Below are positions 52,676 to 55,493 of a stretch of DNA of 55,493 nucleotides, one piece after another. A model generated the notes under the pieces. That model was not told the DNA's origin and did no database searches. It saw nothing but the letters and a program-made list of their open reading frames with translations. Source of the DNA: Paludibacteraceae bacterium (GTDB lineage Bacteria; Bacteroidota; Bacteroidia; Bacteroidales; Paludibacteraceae); assembly GCA_017507715.1 (NCBI GenBank), contig JAFWAK010000091.1:1-55493 (forward strand), in the 5' to 3' direction. Numbering within the stretch: position 1 is the stretch's first letter; every line of letters begins with the position of its first letter. The translations under genes and the position numbers were made by a program.

Positions 52676-54751
52676 TCAACCGACGGCACTGCCGTTCTTA
52701 ACGGGTGCGCTGACGGTGGTAACTACCAGTTTTCCATCTGCATCAACTGCCGATAGAATCATTCCCTGGCTCTCGATACCCATCATCTTGCGCGGCGGGA
52801 AGTTGGCGATATACAATACTTGTTTGCCTACCAGAACAGACGGGTCGGGATAACTCTGTGCGATACCGCTCAAGATCGTGCGACCACCCATACCGTCGTC
52901 TAACTTGAACTGCAGCAGACGGTCGGATTTCTTCACGTTCGTGCATTCCAATACGGTTGCTACGCGGATATCCGTCTTGTCGAATTCATCAATAGAGGTA
53001 GCCTCTTTGATAGGCTCCGGACGCCAGTTCTTGAGCGCCTCGGCCTTAGCGGCCTCTTCGTTCTCTTTTTTGATATGCTCCAGTTTGTCGAGTTGCGCCT
53101 GAATAGCCGCATCTTCAATCTTCTCAAAGAGCAGACTCACTTCTCCTAATGCCTGACCTTCCGGCAGCAGATCGATACGGCCGAGGTCTTCCCATCCGAT
53201 GGTGGCATCCAATTGCAGCATCTTCTCTAATTTCTCCGATGAATACGGGAGGAATGGCTCAAAAGCAATAGCGAGGTTAGCAGCAATCTGCAGTGCTACA
53301 TGCAGCACGGTGGCCGTGCGGTTCATGTCGGTCTTGGCCAGTTTCCAAGGCTCGGTATCTGCCAGATATTTGTTGCCGATACGGGCAAGGTTCATCGCCT
53401 CTTTCTGTGCATCGCGGAAACGGAAGTTCTCTAATAACTGCTCCAGCGTTGCCTTCACGTTCTTGAATTCCTCGATGGTGGCTTTGTCATAATCGGTCAG
53501 TTCTCCGCATGCCGGCACTTTGCCTTCGAAATACTTGCCGGTCAGCACGAGTGCACGATTGACGAAGTTGCCGTAGATAGCTACCAACTCATTGTTGTTA
53601 CGTGCCTGGAAATCGGCCCATGTGAAGTCATTATCCTTGGTCTCCGGAGCATTGGCGGTCAGCACGTAGCGCAACACGTCTTGTTTGCCCGGGAAGTCAT
53701 CGAGGTATTCGTTGAGCCAAACCGCCCAGTTGCGGCTGGTGGATATCTTGTCGCCTTCAAGATTGAGGAACTCATTGGAGGGCACGTTATCCGGCAGGTT
53801 ATATCCTTGCGCCTTGAGCATGGCGGGGAAGACGATGCAGTGGAATACGATATTGTCCTTGCCGATGAAATGAATCATGCGTGTGTCTTCGTTCTTCCAC
53901 CATTTCTGCCAGTCGCCGAATTTCTCCGGTTGCGCCTTGCATAACTCAATCGTATTGGATATATAGCCTATAGGGGCATCGAACCATACATACAGCACCT
54001 TGCCTTCTGCGCCTTCAACCGGCACGGGGATACCCCAGTCCAGATCACGCGTCACGGCACGCGGCTTGAGTCCGCTGTCCAGCCAGCTCTTGCATTGTCC
54101 GTACACGTTCGGACGCCATTCCTTATGGGTGTTCAGAATCCAGTCTTCCAGCCATGCCTGATATTGGTCAAGCGGCAGATACCAGTGCTTTGTAGCCTTC
54201 TTGGCCAAAGCGTTTCCCGTCTCGGCATTGTACGGATTAATCAACTCGTCCGGCGAGAGCGTCGCACCGCATTTCTCGCATTGGTCGCCATAGGCGCCCA
54301 TCGAATGACAACGCGGACATTCGCCGCGAATATTACGGTCGGTCAGGAAATGGCCGGTCTGTGGGTCATAGAACTGCTCACTGGTTTCTTCCACGAACTG
54401 ACCGGCATCATACATCTTACGGAAATAGTCCGCAGCGAACTCATGATGAATAGCCGATGTGGTGCGCGAATAGATATCAAAACTAACACCGAATTCAGCG
54501 AACGAACGCTTGATCAGTTCGTGATAGCGATCTACTACCTGCTGGGTCGTGATACCCTCTTTGCGGGCACGGATCGTTACCGGAACGCCATGCTCATCAC
54601 TTCCGCATACGAAGAGCACCTCTTTGCCTTTTAGACGCAGATAACGGGCGTATATGTCCGCAGGAACATACACTCCTGCCAGGTGACCGATATGCACCGG
54701 ACCGTTCGCATAAGGGAGTGCTGCTGTAATTAATGTGCGATTAAATGCCAT
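52676..54751 (-). CDS. metG: Methionine--tRNA ligase with a C-terminal tRNA-binding (EMAP/Trbp111-like) domain
   Basis: HIGH (PVHIGHLAG), KMSKS-like KISTSR and zinc knuckles CPRC...CEKCG. 691 aa. Confidence 0.95.
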   Translation of the reverse strand: MAFNRTLITAALPYANGPVHIGHLAGVYVPADIYARYLRLKGKEVLFVCGSDEHGVPVTIRARKEGITTQQVVDRYHELIKRSFAEFGVSFDIYSRTTSAIHHEFAADYFRKMYDAGQFVEETSEQFYDPQTGHFLTDRNIRGECPRCHSMGAYGDQCEKCGATLSPDELINPYNAETGNALAKKATKHWYLPLDQYQAWLEDWILNTHKEWRPNVYGQCKSWLDSGLKPRAVTRDLDWGIPVPVEGAEGKVLYVWFDAPIGYISNTIELCKAQPEKFGDWQKWWKNEDTRMIHFIGKDNIVFHCIVFPAMLKAQGYNLPDNVPSNEFLNLEGDKISTSRNWAVWLNEYLDDFPGKQDVLRYVLTANAPETKDNDFTWADFQARNNNELVAIYGNFVNRALVLTGKYFEGKVPACGELTDYDKATIEEFKNVKATLEQLLENFRFRDAQKEAMNLARIGNKYLADTEPWKLAKTDMNRTATVLHVALQIAANLAIAFEPFLPYSSEKLEKMLQLDATIGWEDLGRIDLLPEGQALGEVSLLFEKIEDAAIQAQLDKLEHIKKENEEAAKAEALKNWRPEPIKEATSIDEFDKTDIRVATVLECTNVKKSDRLLQFKLDDGMGGRTILSGIAQSYPDPSVLVGKQVLYIANFPPRKMMGIESQGMILSAVDADGKLVVTTVSAPVKNGSAVG

Positions 54752-54789
54752 ATTTTGTGTATTTTTTGTACAAAATGTAAAAAATCAAT

Positions 54790-54901
54790 GATTTTTCTTG
54801 CGTATTTCGAAAAAAAGTAGTACTTTTGCGGTCGCAATGTTGTCTTTGTTCCCGAAATCGGGTGCAAAGTTACTACAAAAAATCCGAATACGCAAGAAAA
54901 T
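54790..54901. promoter_or_regulatory. Quasi-palindromic intergenic region with two similar promoters arranged face to face (crossed)
   Basis: Plus module: GATTTTTCTTGCGTATTTCG..GTAGTACTTTTGC (-7 box at 54821-28). Minus module, read on the minus strand: GATTTTCTTGCGTATTCG..GTAGTAACTTTGC (-7 box at 54865-72). Confidence 0.5.
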
Positions 54902-54902
54902 C

Positions 54903-55493
54903 GTGAAAAAACATCAATCATATTGGGTTTTGCTGCTCGCAGTGCTCATTAGCGGCACAGTGAGTGCAAAGGTGGATAGCTACGTAGGTGCTTATGCCAA
55001 TGTGGGTGAGTGGAGTTTGATCCCCACACAGAGTAAGTATGGTACCAGTTTCGGTGCAGCCGGTGGATTGGGTTTCCTCTATGAGTTACAGGCCGGCCCT
55101 ACCTATGGCCAGACGCGTTTCTTGTTCGATATCGGCGTGGGTGCCGACTATGGTATGACCAGTTTCATGCAGGGCTCTAATGCAAAGGTCACCTTGGAGA
55201 ACCAGGAGGATATGCAGGGCGATGTGTTCGATTATGTGTATGAGATTCAGGACCGCAAGGACCAATATGCGAATTTAGCGCTGCGTGTGCCGATTATGTT
55301 CGGTGTGCAGCACCGCCAGTTCTATATGATGGCCGGTGTGAAGATAGGTGCCAACTTGATGGTTGATGCCTATACTACTGCGAATGTCAGGACCTATGGC
55401 AACTATCATGATTTCGACCCGTACTATAATATGCCGGAGTACCAGTTCTTCAATCAGATAGCGCTGGAGAAAAAGCAGAAGGCGGGTAGCGTA
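54903..55493 (+). CDS. Putative outer-membrane beta-barrel protein; partial (3' end off the window)
   Basis: Hand translation from GTG 54903: VKKHQSYWVLLLAVLISGTVSAKVDSYVGAYANVGEWSL... It has a signal peptide and Gly/aromatic-rich strands. The start is uncertain: in-frame ATG 54837 sits too close to the promoter. Confidence 0.55.
   Translation, partial: MKKHQSYWVLLLAVLISGTVSAKVDSYVGAYANVGEWSLIPTQSKYGTSFGAAGGLGFLYELQAGPTYGQTRFLFDIGVGADYGMTSFMQGSNAKVTLENQEDMQGDVFDYVYEIQDRKDQYANLALRVPIMFGVQHRQFYMMAGVKIGANLMVDAYTTANVRTYGNYHDFDPYYNMPEYQFFNQIALEKKQKAGSV

Noticed and set aside
54790-54901. Invertible (phase-variable) promoter flanked by inverted repeats.
   Set aside because: The segment is nearly symmetric and carries a promoter in each orientation, so inversion would not switch expression. 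No recombinase gene is nearby. It is kept as a crossed-promoter observation instead.

Overview
This window looks like a mostly syntenic housekeeping stretch of a Bacteroidota chromosome, probably an anaerobic Bacteroidales. The evidence is the many TAnnTTTG-type -7 promoter boxes, GldB and DUF2851 homologues, IorAB, a succinate-type CoA-transferase and the absence of Shine-Dalgarno sites. I could support about 58 protein genes and 2 tRNAs.

Gene content, in order:
- Cell-shape operon mreB-mreC-mreD-mrdA-rodA, then yraN, mnmG, apt, uvrC, tsaE and a lolD-like ABC ATPase.
- A TonB-C protein, a gldB-like lipoprotein, an aldehyde dehydrogenase, sufS, an EEP nuclease and a DUF2851 protein.
- A minus-strand block: DUF456-nadA and corA-rsmA.
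- gtrA, two tandem FucI-C-like paralogues, class II fba and a CoA-transferase.
- An outer membrane protein / lipase / lipoprotein trio, rlmH and tRNA-Pro.
- A minus-strand metal operon: ferritin-like, a 58-aa wHTH ORF missing from the ORF track, marR and zupT.
- dtd-topA, nfeD-floA-yafV-recJ-tdk-priA and a uridine-kinase-like gene.
- tRNA-Met(CAT), iorA-iorB-aminotransferase-CoA-transferase, metG and a partial outer membrane protein gene.

I found no CRISPR array, transposase, integrase or obvious defence island, so I cannot honestly claim a new multi-gene system.

Signals not explained by gene annotation:
1. A dispersed family of tandem heptanucleotide arrays (AATnAnn and GGTTACn / GGTGTAC / AATCACC types) at 15 or more loci. 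They fill intercistronic spacers exactly from stop to start. They also sit in frame inside conserved enzymes (MsrC-like GAF, SufS, EEP, DUF2851) and inside signal peptides.
2. priA has an in-frame TAG exactly where the conserved Gln after helicase motif VI belongs, and it has no canonical start codon ahead of its conserved N-terminus.
3. A degenerate, internally disrupted duplicate of the 3' half of tRNA-Met lies just downstream of the intact gene, possibly an att-like scar.
4. Two divergent intergenic regions are built as near-palindromes with face-to-face (crossed) promoters.
5. The ior-aminotransferase-CoA-transferase cluster suggests an arylacetate-forming pathway.

All calls come from reading the sequence and recalling protein families. 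No database search was run.
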